Under the pieces are notes generated by a model. It was given only the letters and a program-made list of their open reading frames with translations. It made no database searches and had not been told where the DNA came from. The translations under genes were made by a program, and so were the position numbers. Below are positions 14,453 through 25,566 of a stretch of DNA of 64,000 nt, in pieces. This DNA comes from Malacoraja senta (lineage: Eukaryota): assembly GCA_038087875.1 (NCBI GenBank), contig CM075996.1:4776001-4840000 (forward strand), read 5' to 3'. The number at the start of each line of letters is the position of its first letter. The stretch's first letter is position 1.

Positions 14453-14879
14453 TTGACTTGTGCCAGCCAGCCTTTGATACCGCGCTACGCCAACACTGCA
14501 CGCAGAAACGCCGAGATTTTTTCCATTTCGGTAGAGATTTCACTTTTCTTTACGATTAGCCACTCCTGATTAAATATCGTCGTGTTTATGTACACGTTTT
14601 AAATTAAATCCTTCTCTCCCCCCCCCACCCCCAAAATTTCAAAATGTTTTTAAAAAACAGCTCTCAGCCATAGAATGTTAGTGAAGGTTCCGTCGTGTGA
14701 TGTCACAATGCCCAATGCTCACATATGTCCAATCGGAATGGATTCATTTACATATGCCTTTGCAGCAGCCCCAGCCCCTCCCCCCCACCCCCGCAGCCTG
14801 TGTCGAAGCGCGTCATCACGTGTGTGGGAATAGAGAAAGAAGATTGGGGGTGATAGGGAATGGGGAACAGATGGACTGT

Positions 14880-16182
14880 CCCTACCCCCCTCCCCCTTCC
14901 ACTCTCCCTCCCCACTATTTTCCCTCTCTCCCCCCACCCCTCTCCCCCTCCCTCCACACTCTTCCCCTCCCTCCCCTACCCCATCTCACCTCCCCCCTCC
15001 CCACACCTCTCCCCCTCCCCCACACCTCTATCCCCCTCCCCCATCCCTCTCTCCTCCCCCTCTCCATCTCCCTCTCCTCACGCTCTCCCTCACCTCCCCC
15101 TCCTCCTCCCACCCCCATCCCTCTCTCCCCCACCCCCCTTCCCTCTCCCCCTTCCATCCCCCAACCCCTTCCCTCTCTCCCCCATGCCCCTCCCCCCACC
15201 CCCCTATCCTACCCTCCCCCACCCCCTTCCCTCTCTCCACCAACCCCCTCCCCCTACCCATTCCCTCCCCACCCCCTTCCCTCTCTCCCCCACCCCCTTC
15301 CCCCCAGCCTACTTCCCTCCCCACCCCCTTCCCTCTCTCCCCACCCCCTTCCCCCTCCCCACTCTTCCCCCTCCATCCACACTCTTCCCCCTCTACCCCC
15401 TACCCCATCTCCCTCCTCGCCTCGCTCCCCCCTCCCCCACACCTCTCTCCCCCTCCCCTCTCTCCTCCCCTCCCCCACCCCTCTCTGCACCCCCTCTCCA
15501 TCTCCCTCTCCATCTCCCTCTCCTCACCCCTCTCCCTCTACTCCTCCCACCCCCTTCCCTCTCTCCACCCGCACCCTTCCCCCTACCCCTCTGTCCCTCT
15601 TCCACCACTCCCCCTACACCTCCTCTACCCCTCCCTCCCCACTCTTCCACTTCTCTCCCCCTTACCCCACCCCTCCCTCCCCCCTCCCTCCCCTCTCTCC
15701 CTCCCTCCACTCTTCCCCCTCTCTCCTCACCCCTCTGCCTCCTCCCCTTCCACCCCGTCTCTTCCCCCTCCCCCACCCCTCTTCACCCACATCTCCCCCC
15801 CACCCCCTAACCCTCTCTCTTGCACCACTCCCCGCTACCCCTCTGCCCCTCACTCCCCACTCTTCCCCTCTCCCTCCCCCACTTCTCTCCCCCCTCCCTC
15901 TCTCACTCTCTTCCCCCTACTCCTCTCCCCTTCCCCTCATCCCCTCTCTCTCCACCTCTAACATCCCCTCCCCCCTCTCCCCCCTTCCTACCCTCCCCGC
16001 TCTCCTCCCACTCCCCACTCTCCTCTCCCTCCCTCTCCCCACCCTGCTCTCCTCTCACTCCCCAATCTCACCCCTTTCCTCCTCCCCCTCTTCCCTCCCT
16101 CCCCCTCTCCTCTTCTCTCCCCACCCATCTCCCTCTCCCCTCTTCTCTCCCCACCCCGTCTCCCTCTCCCCCCTCCCCCCAC
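14880..16182. repeat. C/T-rich low-complexity tract (second copy at about 17410-18395)
   Basis: About 1.3 kb of mostly C and T with scattered A; it explains the Pro/Ser/Leu and Gly/Arg/Glu ORFs. Confidence 0.95.
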
Positions 16183-16924
16183 CTGTGTGTTTGGGGGGTG
16201 GTTAGTGTGAGTGTGATGCCGCAGCCCTCCCCCCCGCAAACAGCCCGCCAACCGTCTCTCTGTCTTTAAGAAGGAACTGCAGATGCTGGAAAATCGAAGG
16301 TACACAAAAAAAAGCTGGAGAAACTCAGCGGGTGCAGCAGCATCTATGGATCGAAGGAAATAGGCAACGTTTCGGGCCGAAACCCTGGGTTTCAGCCCAA
16401 AGCGTTGCCTATTTCCTTCGCTCCATAGATGCTGCTGCACCCGCTGAGTTTCTCCAGTTTTTTTTGTGTACCAGTCTCTCTGTCTCTCCCCTCTGTCTCT
16501 CTCTCTCTCTCCCCTTCTCTCTTCACAGCCCGCGGCTCGACTCATGCACGCCCGCTCCAACCCCCCCTTCACCTCTCTCCCCCATCCTCTCCTTCCTCTC
16601 TCCCCCTCCTCTCTCCCCCCCATCCACTCCCCCCCATCCACTCCCCCCTTCCTCTCCCCCCTTCCTCTCCACCCTCCTCCTCCCCCTCCTCCCAAATTAT
16701 TTTTTTCTAACATTAAATTTTCTCTCTCTGCCCCCCTCGAGATGCACCTGAGAGGTGAGGGCTATTCGTCAGTGGATAGGGTGGAGATGGGATAAAAGAA
16801 GCCAATTAATAAATTAAGATAATATCAAGGGGTGTGATGAGTGTGTGTGTTTGTGGGTGCCAGATTCCCACCCCGCAACCGTGCTTTGGAGGAAACAGAC
16901 CCAATGGGTCTGCACTTGGTCTAG

Positions 16925-19251
16925 TCTATATTTAAAACTCTGTGTGTGTGTGTGTGTGTCTGCTTGACTTGTGCCAGCCAGCCCCTTTGATACCGTGCAA
17001 CGCCAACACCACACGCAGAAACGCCGAGATCTTTTCCATTTCAGTAGAGATTTCATTTTTCTTTACGAGTAGCCACTCCTGATTAAATTTCGTCGTGTTT
17101 ATGTACACTTTTTAAAATAAAATCCTTCTCCCCGCCCCCCCCCCCCCCACGCACCCCCAAAATTTCAAAATGTTAAAAAAAACAGCTCTCAGCCATAGAA
17201 TGTTAGTGAAGGTTCCGTCGTGTGATGTCACAATGCCCAATGCTCACATATGTCCAATCGGAATGGATCCATTTACATATGCTTTTGCAGCAGCCCCAGC
17301 CCCAGCCCCTCCCCCCCACCCCCGCAGCCTGTGTCGAAGCGCGTCATCACGTGTGTGGGAATAGAGAAAGAGGATTGGGGGTGATAGGGAATGGGGAACA
17401 GATGGACTGTCCCTACCCCTCCCCCTTCCATTCTCCATCCCCACTATTTCCCCTCTCTCCCCCCATCCCTCTTCCCCCTCCCTTCCCTCTTCCTCCCCAC
17501 TCTTCCCCCTCTTTCCCCCCTACCCCTCTCCCCCTCCTTCCACACTGTTCCCCATCTCCCTCCCCCACCCCTCTCTCTCCCCCCCTCCCTTCCCTCTCCA
17601 CACTCTTCTGCCTCCCTCCCCTACCCCCACCCCTATCCCTCTCTCCCCCACCCCCCTTCCCTCTCCCCCCACCCCCCTACCCCATCTCACTCCTCTCCTC
17701 CCTCACACCTCTCTCCCCCTCCCCCATCCCTCTCTCCTCCCCTCCCCCACCCCTCTCTCCTCCCCCTTTCCATCTCCCTCTCCCTCTCCTCCCCTCCTCC
17801 TCCCACCCCATCCCTCTCTCCCCCACCCCTCCCACCCCCATCCCTCTCTCACCCACCCCCTTCTCCCTCCCCACTCTTCCCCCTCCCACCACACTCTTCC
17901 CCCTCTCTCCCCTACCCCATCTCCCTCCTCCACTCACTCCCCCCTCTTCACCCCCATCTCCCCCCCATCCCCTTCCCCTCTCTCTTGCACCACTCCCTGC
18001 TACCCCTCTCCCCCTCACTCCCCACTCTTCCCCTCTCCCTCCCCCACCTCTCTCCCTCCCCCCTCCCTCTCTCTCCCCCTCTCTTCACCCTACTCCTCTC
18101 TCCCCTTCCCCTCATCCCCTCTCTCCACCTCTAACATCCCCTCCCCCCTCTCCCACACCCCTACCCCTCTCCCCCTTCCTGCCCTCCCCGCTCTCCTCCC
18201 ACTCCCCACTCTCCTCCCCTTCCCTCTCCCCCACCCTGCTCTCCTCTCCCTCCCCAATCTCTCCCCTTTCCTCCTCCCCTCTCCCCTTCCTCCCCCTCTC
18301 CTCTCCCTCCCCTCTTCTCTCCCCACCCCGTCTCCCTCTCCCCCCCTCCCTTCTTCTCTCCCCACCCCGTCCCCCTCTCCCCCCCTCCCCCCGCCTGTGT
18401 GTTTGGGGGGTGGTTAGTGTGAGTGTGATGCCGCAGCCCCCCCCCCCCGCAAACGCGCATTGGGGAAACAGCCCGCCAACAGTCTCTCTGTCTTCAAGAA
18501 GGAACTGCAGATGCTGGAAAATCGAAGGTACACAAAAAAAAGCTGGAGAAACTCAGCTGGTGCAGCAGCATCTATGGATCGAAGGAAATAGGAAACGTTT
18601 CGGGCCGAAACCCGTCTGAAGATGGCTTTTGGCCCAAAGCGTTGCCTATTTCCTTCGTTCAATAGATGCTGCTGCACCCGCTGAGTTTCTCCAGCTTTTT
18701 TTTGTGTACCACTCTGTCTCTCCCCTCTCTCTCACTCTCTGCCCTTCTCTATTCACAGCCCGCGGCTCAACTCATGCACGCCCGCTCCAACCCCCCCCCC
18801 TTCACCTCTCTCCCCATCCTCTCCTTCCTATCTCCACCCCCTCCCCTCTCCCCCTCCTCTCTCCCCCTCCTCTCTCCCCCTCCTCTCCCCCTCCTCTCCC
18901 ACCCTTCCTCTCCCCCCTTCCTCTCCACCCTCCTCCTCCCCCTCCTCAAATTTTTTTTCCCTAACATTAAATTTTCTCTCTCTGCCCCCCCCCCCCCTCT
19001 AGACGCACCTGAGAGGTGAGGGCTATTCGTCAGTGGATAGGGTGGAGATGGGATAAAAGAAGCCAATTAATACAATTAAGATAATATCAAGGGGTGTGAT
19101 GAGTGTGTGTGTTTGTGGGTGCCAGATTCCCACACCGCAACCGTGCTTTGGAGGAACAGACCCAACGGGTGGTTAGTGTGATGCCGCAGCCCCCTCCCCC
19201 CCGCAAACGCGCGTTGGGGAAACAGACCCAACGGGTCTGCACTTGGTCTAG
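16925..19251 (+). mobile_element. Non-autonomous Helitron-like unit 2 (diverged copy of unit 1)
   Basis: Starts TCTATATTTAAAAC directly after the CTAG of unit 1; colinear with unit 1; ends with CAGACCC-AAC-GGGTCTG, CACTTGGT, CTAG (19248-19251). Confidence 0.78.
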
Positions 19252-19760
19252 TATAATATTAAAACTCTGTGTTGTGTGTGTGTCTGCTTGACTTGTGCCA
19301 GCCAGCCCCTTTGATACCGCGCTACGCCAACACCGCACGCAGAAACGCCGAGATTTTTTTCATTTCGGTAGAGATTTCATTTTTCTTTACGATTAGCCAC
19401 TCCTGATTACATTTCGTCGTATTTATGTACACATTTTAAAATAAAATCCATCACCCCCCCACGCACTCATTTTGTCTCCTCCTGCTGGTCAGCCACCATA
19501 ACGGCTGCTGTCGACCGCCTCTGCTCCGAAAACGACACCATCTTTTTTTCCCTAGCGATTGTCACCCCGGTGTATGAATCACGTTCGGACTCTAAAACCC
19601 CGGGTTCTGAAGCACGTTCAGTGTCCAGGGGTCTGAAGCACGTTCTGAATTTCCACCCCGGGGTCTGAAACATGTTCTGGTTTTTTTTCGCTAATGATTT
19701 TCACCCCGGGGTCTTAAGCACGTTCGGTGTCCAGACCCAACGGGTCTGCACTTGGTCTAG
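19252..19760 (+). mobile_element. Non-autonomous Helitron-like unit 3 (short, different interior)
   Basis: Shares the first ~200 bp with units 1 and 2, then has distinct sequence with ~24-bp repeats; ends with the same hairpin and CTAG (19757-19760), followed by T. Confidence 0.75.
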
Positions 19761-20179
19761 TGACTTTATAAAATCCCTATATGTACCCATAACATTATTT
19801 TCATACCATTTCAAAGGATGGGGGGTTCAAAGTTTTCAAAGGTCTTTTATTGTCACATGTACCAATTAAGGTACAGTGATATGCGAATTACCATACAGCC
19901 ATATGAAAAAAAAAGTTCTGTAGCATGGGTTTTTAATACATTGTTCATGAGTATCACACAGTTGGCCTGGGAGATGTACAGTATATGTCATTGTAGAATG
20001 GCTAGCAGTGTTTAAAACAGTAAGACGTTTGGTGTCGGTTGAAATAGTGACAAATATAATGGTGTGCAGGAGCTGTGAACATTGGAAATCAGCATTGTTT
20101 GAGAATGTTGATAGATGAGTATCAGGGATCAGAATGTAAGCTTTAGGTGGGTTTGATAATGTTTCATTAACCTTAATCA

Positions 20180-20746
20180 AAATCTGTTCGATGACGTTGA
20201 GCTTAGCGGTGGTAAGGCCTTCAACGTTGAGCTGCAGTAGCGTTAAACTTCGATAGTTGGCGGCATTTAACGGTGCCGCCTGGCCTGGGGAGGCATGGCT
20301 TTTTGCGGTCTGCTTTCGCTTTGTGGGCTTGTGAGCCTGTAAGCTACTCGTGGAGGAGGCCACGTAGAGGCTGTCTTCGTCTCCCCCAAGGCCGCCTGGT
20401 TCAAGACGAGATGGAGAGACCAGTGGAAGCCATTTAGGCTACACCATTACATCGATGACCCCATGGACGTCCCTGGCCAGGACCTGCCCCGAAAGCAGTG
20501 GACAACCCTCAACCGCTTGAGGACAGGCGTTGGACGCTATGGAGTAGCGATGAAGAGGTGGGGCCTCGTGGACAGCGCCTCCTGCGAGTGTGGGGACCCA
20601 ACACAGACAGTGGAGCACATAGTCACCAGTTGCCCCAAACACCGGCCACCGAACGGTGAACGAGGTCTGATTGACCTGGACGATGACACGTTGGCCTGGC
20701 TCACCTCAACGGAGCTGCAGGTCTAAAAGACACACGACAGAAGAAG
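20180..20746 (+). mobile_element. Vingi/Ingi-like LINE derivative with an inverted 5' segment
   Basis: 11-bp TSD AACCTTAATCA (20169-20179 and 20747-20757). The + strand 3' part encodes LNRLRTGVGRY...WG..CECG..QTVEHIVTSCP, followed by a (GAA)n tail. The - strand 5' part encodes LTLLQLNVEGL, an APE endonuclease N-terminus. Confidence 0.72.
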
Positions 20747-21409
20747 AACCTTAATCACTTGTGGAAGTTAAATACCCTTGCAGCACTGTATTCAAGGTAA
20801 TGGGCTTCACAACTGGTATTGACCTCCAGTGCAATGTCCTATCACCATCACTTGACTATGAATCTGCAGGATTTCCTGTTTGTGCAAGTCCCCTGTGTGT
20901 AATATACACAGAGGAACAATGTCAGGTTTCGCTGTGTAACAACACTACGCCTGTTCCAGCAGGTTTCCGGGGCCCATCCAGTGGAAGCTTTTTCTCCACC
21001 TCAGTTAGGCATTTAGAGCTATGTCTGAATACCAGATACTAGTAGTATCTGGTATTCCACGAGTAGCTTACAGGCTCATAAGCCCACAAAGCGAAACCAA
21101 TGTCTTTATCGCGTCTGCAGCTTCCTGCAAGCTTCAAAAGCTATGGAATAACTTCATCTGCAGTACGGGCACCAAACGCACTTTATGAAATACAGACCAT
21201 TTAAAATCAGTTTTGATCTGAGCTGAGGAAATTAATGGCTGAATTCATGATGAATGAGAGCACAAATTTTATGTATATGTACCTTATATCCTTGAATCAG
21301 ACATGCACTAATTAATTATACATCGCAATTCCTGCATGTTTCCTCTTGTTATGCCATTCCTCCATCGCAATCATCTCCACAGTTAGTGAGAAACAGAATC
21401 AATATTGAT

Positions 21410-22058
21410 GATTCTGGTCAATTCTTCCCTTCCCTCCCGTACCACCCCCTCCCCGGGCACTTTCCCCTGCAGCCGCAAGAGATGCTACACTTGTCGCTTT
21501 AACTCCCACCTCGACTCCATTCAAGGACCCAAGCGGTCGTTCCAGGTGAGACAGAGGTTCAGCTGCACCTCCTCCAACCTCATCTATTTCATCCGCTGCT
21601 CTAGATGTCAGCTGATCTACATCGGTGAGACCAAGCGTAGGCTTGGCGATCGTTTTGCCGAACACCTCCGCTCGGTCCGCATTAACCAACCTGATCTCCC
21701 TGTGGCTTCAACTCCCCCTCCCATTCCGAATCCGACCTTTCTGTCCTCAGCCTCCTCCATGGCCAGAGTGAGCACCACCGGAAATTGGAGGAGCAGCGCC
21801 TCATATTCCGCTTGGGCAGTCTGCACCCCAGCGGCATAAACATTGACTTCTCCTAATTTCCGGTAGCCCTTGCTGTCTCCTCCCCTTCTCAGCTTTCCCT
21901 CAGCCCTCTGGATCCTCCTCTTCCTTTCTTCTTCCCACTCCCCCCACCCTACATCAGTCTGAAGAAGGGTTTCGGTCCGAAACGTTGCCTATTTCCTTCG
22001 CTCCATAGATGCTGCCGCACCCGCTGAGTTTCTCCAGCACTTTTGTCTTCTTAAACAC
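21410..22058 (+). mobile_element. 5'-truncated Penelope-like element (GIY-YIG endonuclease region and terminal repeat)
   Basis: CSRKRCYTC...SNLIYFIRCSRCQLIYIGETKRRLGDRFAEH; 12-bp TSD ATCAATATTGAT (21398-21409 and 22059-22070). Confidence 0.9.
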
Positions 22059-22555
22059 ATCAATATTGATATACCGGAATGGGGGGGGAGGGGGTACTTA
22101 GTTGAATGTAATGGTTGTAGAATGGGGCTACTAGCACAGGCACCCTCGTCTAGAAATTATAATTCATCCTAGTCCTGTTTGTGAAAGTCCCCTGAATGTA
22201 ATGTGCACAGGTTGCACTGCATAACAACACTGTGGAGGTTCTAGCAAAGCATATACTGTATTGATTTGTTGCTAATATTGGCAGCTGCCAACATTTAGGC
22301 TCACAGGTGTGATCTCAGCAGTCTGCTCTTTTAAGAGGACATACCACAACACAGTAATACTCTTCCATTGCAGGGGGGTTTGTAACTCAGTGAATGAATG
22401 ATGTGTTGCTGTGAGGGGATGAGAAAAAGACCAGGACAAGCTGGTTAAAAAGCAGTATCAGTATCTGTGCAGGGGGCCATGGAGACCATCCAGGCTCAAG
22501 TCAGACTCTTTTATCAGGTTGCCAGGAACATTTCTGTAAAGAATAATGCTGTTTG

Positions 22556-22750
22556 AGTTGAATTTAGAGATACAATGTGGAAATAGGCCCTTCAGCTCAC
22601 CAAGTCCGCCACGACCAGTGATCACCCCAGACACTGGCACTATCCTACACTCTTGTGGGTACAGACGCCAATTAACGTACAAACCCGCACGTCTTTGAAG
22701 TGTGGGATGAAAACGAAGTACCCCGAGAAATCCCACGCGGTCACAGGGAG
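22556..22750 (-). mobile_element. Partial V-SINE
   Basis: Reverse complement of the V-domain and tail seen at 2197-2515. Confidence 0.7.
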
Positions 22751-23849
22751 CGTGACATACTAAAACTGTTTTAAAAGGTCTGTGGCAAACGTCTTATAAC
22801 ACTCTCACCAGTTCCCTTGTGCAATTACACTCTTTTTTCAGTTCCAGCATGCAATGTTGTTCTGGTACTTTGTACAATTTTGCAGTTGCTGGCACATAGC
22901 CCAGAAGATAAAAATCTTGAGAGCTAGCCCTTAAAGGAAACATGCACGGCTCAAGCTATAATCATCAAACCAATGGAAAATGTTATTGGTTCACTGTTGG
23001 GAGAGGGGACAGAAAGCTCAGCTGTGGCTGATCGTGTGGGTGACTGAAAACTAAATGAAGTTTTATTTCTTTGAGTGATGTATTTGGACAACCTCCCTAA
23101 AGCAGCCGTGAGCAGCCAACTGTGACATGTGGCATAGAACAGCAACAGGGGCCTGCAATGTCACTGCAGCTGGGAATGTGAGAGTGATTATTGGTACGAT
23201 AGATAGTGAGAACAAATTATCCAATATGTGAGACTATTTGAAGTTGCTAAAGGCCAGGGATCTCATTGGTAAAGCATTGTAAGCGGAGACATTGTTGCTT
23301 TGAAAACCCGTTAGGAATAGGTCTCGGGTATTGAGACTGCTATACTTCCTTACAAATGGTCCCCGTGGCTGCTTGACATTTACTTAACTCACCCCATATC
23401 CAAGAAGGGGAGGTGGGGGGGGGGGGGAGTAAGGTCCAGATAGTTACCCGTTTGTTTGCAGAAGAGTCTTTGAAGATGTGATGAAGGCACGATTCTTAAC
23501 TTCAGTAGTATGTGCTGTCAGCAGTAGCACAAAAAAACTGCATGGTTTCAATGTTGTCTCTTTAATTAGCATGCCTTTGGAGAAGAGCGTCAGTATGAGC
23601 AGATTGCTTTGTGACCAATCGGGATGAAAATAGCTCTGGAATTACTGAGTTTATGACAATGCCAGAGTATTTTTCAACCTGATTGCATGCCATTGATGAC
23701 GATTGCATAAGTATTGCGGTGGAATCATTCTTCTAGAGTCTTGAAATTCCTGCGAAAAGGCAGCGATGGATTTCTTAATGTGAGGCCCAGAAATGGTTGC
23801 AGTTTTGCTCAACTCTAGGTTATGCCTCGATTATCCAGTATTTTTTATC

Positions 23850-24350
23850 AACCTGTCCAGTTGCATTTGCTTAGCAACAACCTGCTTCCAGCTCAGTTTG
23901 GGTTCCACCAAAGTCACTCAGCTCCTGACTTTCCGGCGTTGGTCCAAACATTGGCAAGAGAGCTGAACTCCAAAGGTGCAGGAAGAGTAACTGCACTTGA
24001 CATCGAGGCAGAATTTTATCAAATTTGGCATCAAGGATTCTTGGCTCAACAGGAGTCAGTGGCAACTAGGTGGAAAATCTTCTGCTGAATGGATTCATAA
24101 CTAGCACAGGGAAGATGGTTGGAGGCCAGTCATCTCAGCCACAGGACATTACTGCAGGAGTTGCTCAAGGAAGTATCCTAGGCCATACCATTTTCAGCTG
24201 CTTTATCAATGATTTTCCTTCAGTCATAAAGTCAGAAGTGGGGATGTTTATTGATGATTGCAGAACGTTCAGCACCATTCACGACTCCTCAGATAATGTG
24301 ACAGTCCACATCTAGGCTGATAGGTGGCAAGTAAAACCCAACAAGAGATA
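23850..24350 (+). mobile_element. Old CR1-type RT fragment (related fragment at about 8480-8960)
   Basis: QFGF...VTALDI...ITAGVAQGSILG.TIFSCFIND...MFIDDC. Confidence 0.7.
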
Positions 24351-24603
24351 TTCCAGTCATCGTCCCAATGTTCAAGCCTCTGAATTCATATCCCACTCGA
24401 TAAATATAACATGAGCATCACCATGTTATACTTAAGGTTTACTTGTAAAAGGCACTTAAATTGTAAAGTAGAATTACTCTTGTATATTCTGCAATCTTTT
24501 GTTACTTGTTTCCCTTCTGCTCATTGAGCTGTAGAAGCTCATTGGCTCTCCAAGAAAGAAACCTTTGACACTGACCTGGATACGTGTGTATTCCTGTAAT
24601 GTA

Positions 24604-24898
24604 TCACAGTCTTAGAATAAAGGGGAGGTCATTTAAGACTGAGGTGAGAAAAAACGTTTTCACCCAGAGAGTTGTGAATTTATGGAATTCCCTGCCACAG
24701 AGGGCAGTGGAGGCCAAGTCACTGGATGGATTTAAGAGAGAGTTAGATAGAGCTCCAGGGGCTAGTGGAGTCAAGGGATATGGGGAGAAGGCAGGCACGG
24801 ATTATTGATAGGGGACGATCAACCATGATCACAATGAATGGCGGTGCTGGCTCGAAGGGCCGAATGGCCTCCTGCACCTATTTTCTATGTTTCTATGT
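24604..24898 (+). mobile_element. CR1/HER1-like LINE 3' end
   Basis: HSLRIKGRSFKTEVRKNVFTQRVVNLWNSLP, followed by a (TTTCTATG)n tail. Confidence 0.88.
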
Positions 24899-25133
24899 AA
24901 GCACTTTCAGGGAGGCATTGCAGTTGCAGTGCTTAAGGAGCATGCTACATCTTCTGGGGCATGCTGTTCCCTCCCCCCCCTCCCCCCCACACACACACAC
25001 ATGCACTTTATCAACAAAGAAAATCTATAAATTAAACCTTATAATGTAAAATATCCAGCTATTTGCCTCAATGTGTCCAGGATCAGAAAAAGTAAAAGAC
25101 TAAGCAGCGGATACTGATGACTCAGACGGATTT

Positions 25134-25566
25134 TGGGCAGTGGGCAGGTGCTATAGACCTGCACGGGAAGGTAGACACTCCCGCCCACACGAGTCTCGGA
25201 CTGATGGGGCTCGTCAGCCTGGGAAGGCAGTCCATCTAGGAGAGGGAAAACTCTGATTTAAAACCTCCAATGCCTTGTGGCCATATCCAGTCATGGAAAA
25301 GGCTCCAGGCGTAAACCTCAAGAAAATCCGGAGTCAGAGCCCCTAAGGCAGTTCGTCGTTGTCTACAACCTCGCTCTGGCAGCTCCTGCGCCGACGCTGG
25401 TGTCAAACTGTAACGGCCCTGCTGTTCCTTTGGATCGATCAGCGACGTGGAGCGGGGGGGGGACGTGCTGCATGGGCAACAGCCTGTCCTCCATATGACA
25501 TTGCCCAGGCTTGCATCCGACCAGGATGCATCACCCATGGTCAGTCATGACCGAGAGGGGCCTACT
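25134..25566 (+). mobile_element. Non-autonomous retroposon, probably RTE-derived
   Basis: 10-bp TSD AGACGGATTT (25124-25133 and 25567-25576). Internal GGCAGTCCATCTAGGAGAGGGAAAACTCTG resembles the motif I recall from RTE 5' UTRs; 3' stem-loop GGTCA-GTCA-TGACC. Confidence 0.55.

Larger units (their letters stand above)
14204..16924 (+). mobile_element. Non-autonomous Helitron-like unit 1
   Basis: 5' A|TCTATATTTAAAAC; 3' hairpin CAGACCC-AAT-GGGTCTG (16896-16912) followed 8 nt later by CTAG (16921-16924); no TSD. Contains (TG)n/(TCTCTG)n microsatellites, a C-rich tract and an embedded Penelope fragment. Confidence 0.78.

Noticed and set aside
14211..14569. CVCV/SLSL/RDRD ORFs
   Set aside because: Translations of microsatellites.
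14697..16205. 502-aa proline-rich ORF (and the 465-aa ORF 17222..18619) resembling extensin/formin
   Set aside because: Produced by stop-free C/T low-complexity tracts inside Helitron-like units; open in several frames on both strands, with frameshifting indels between the two copies.
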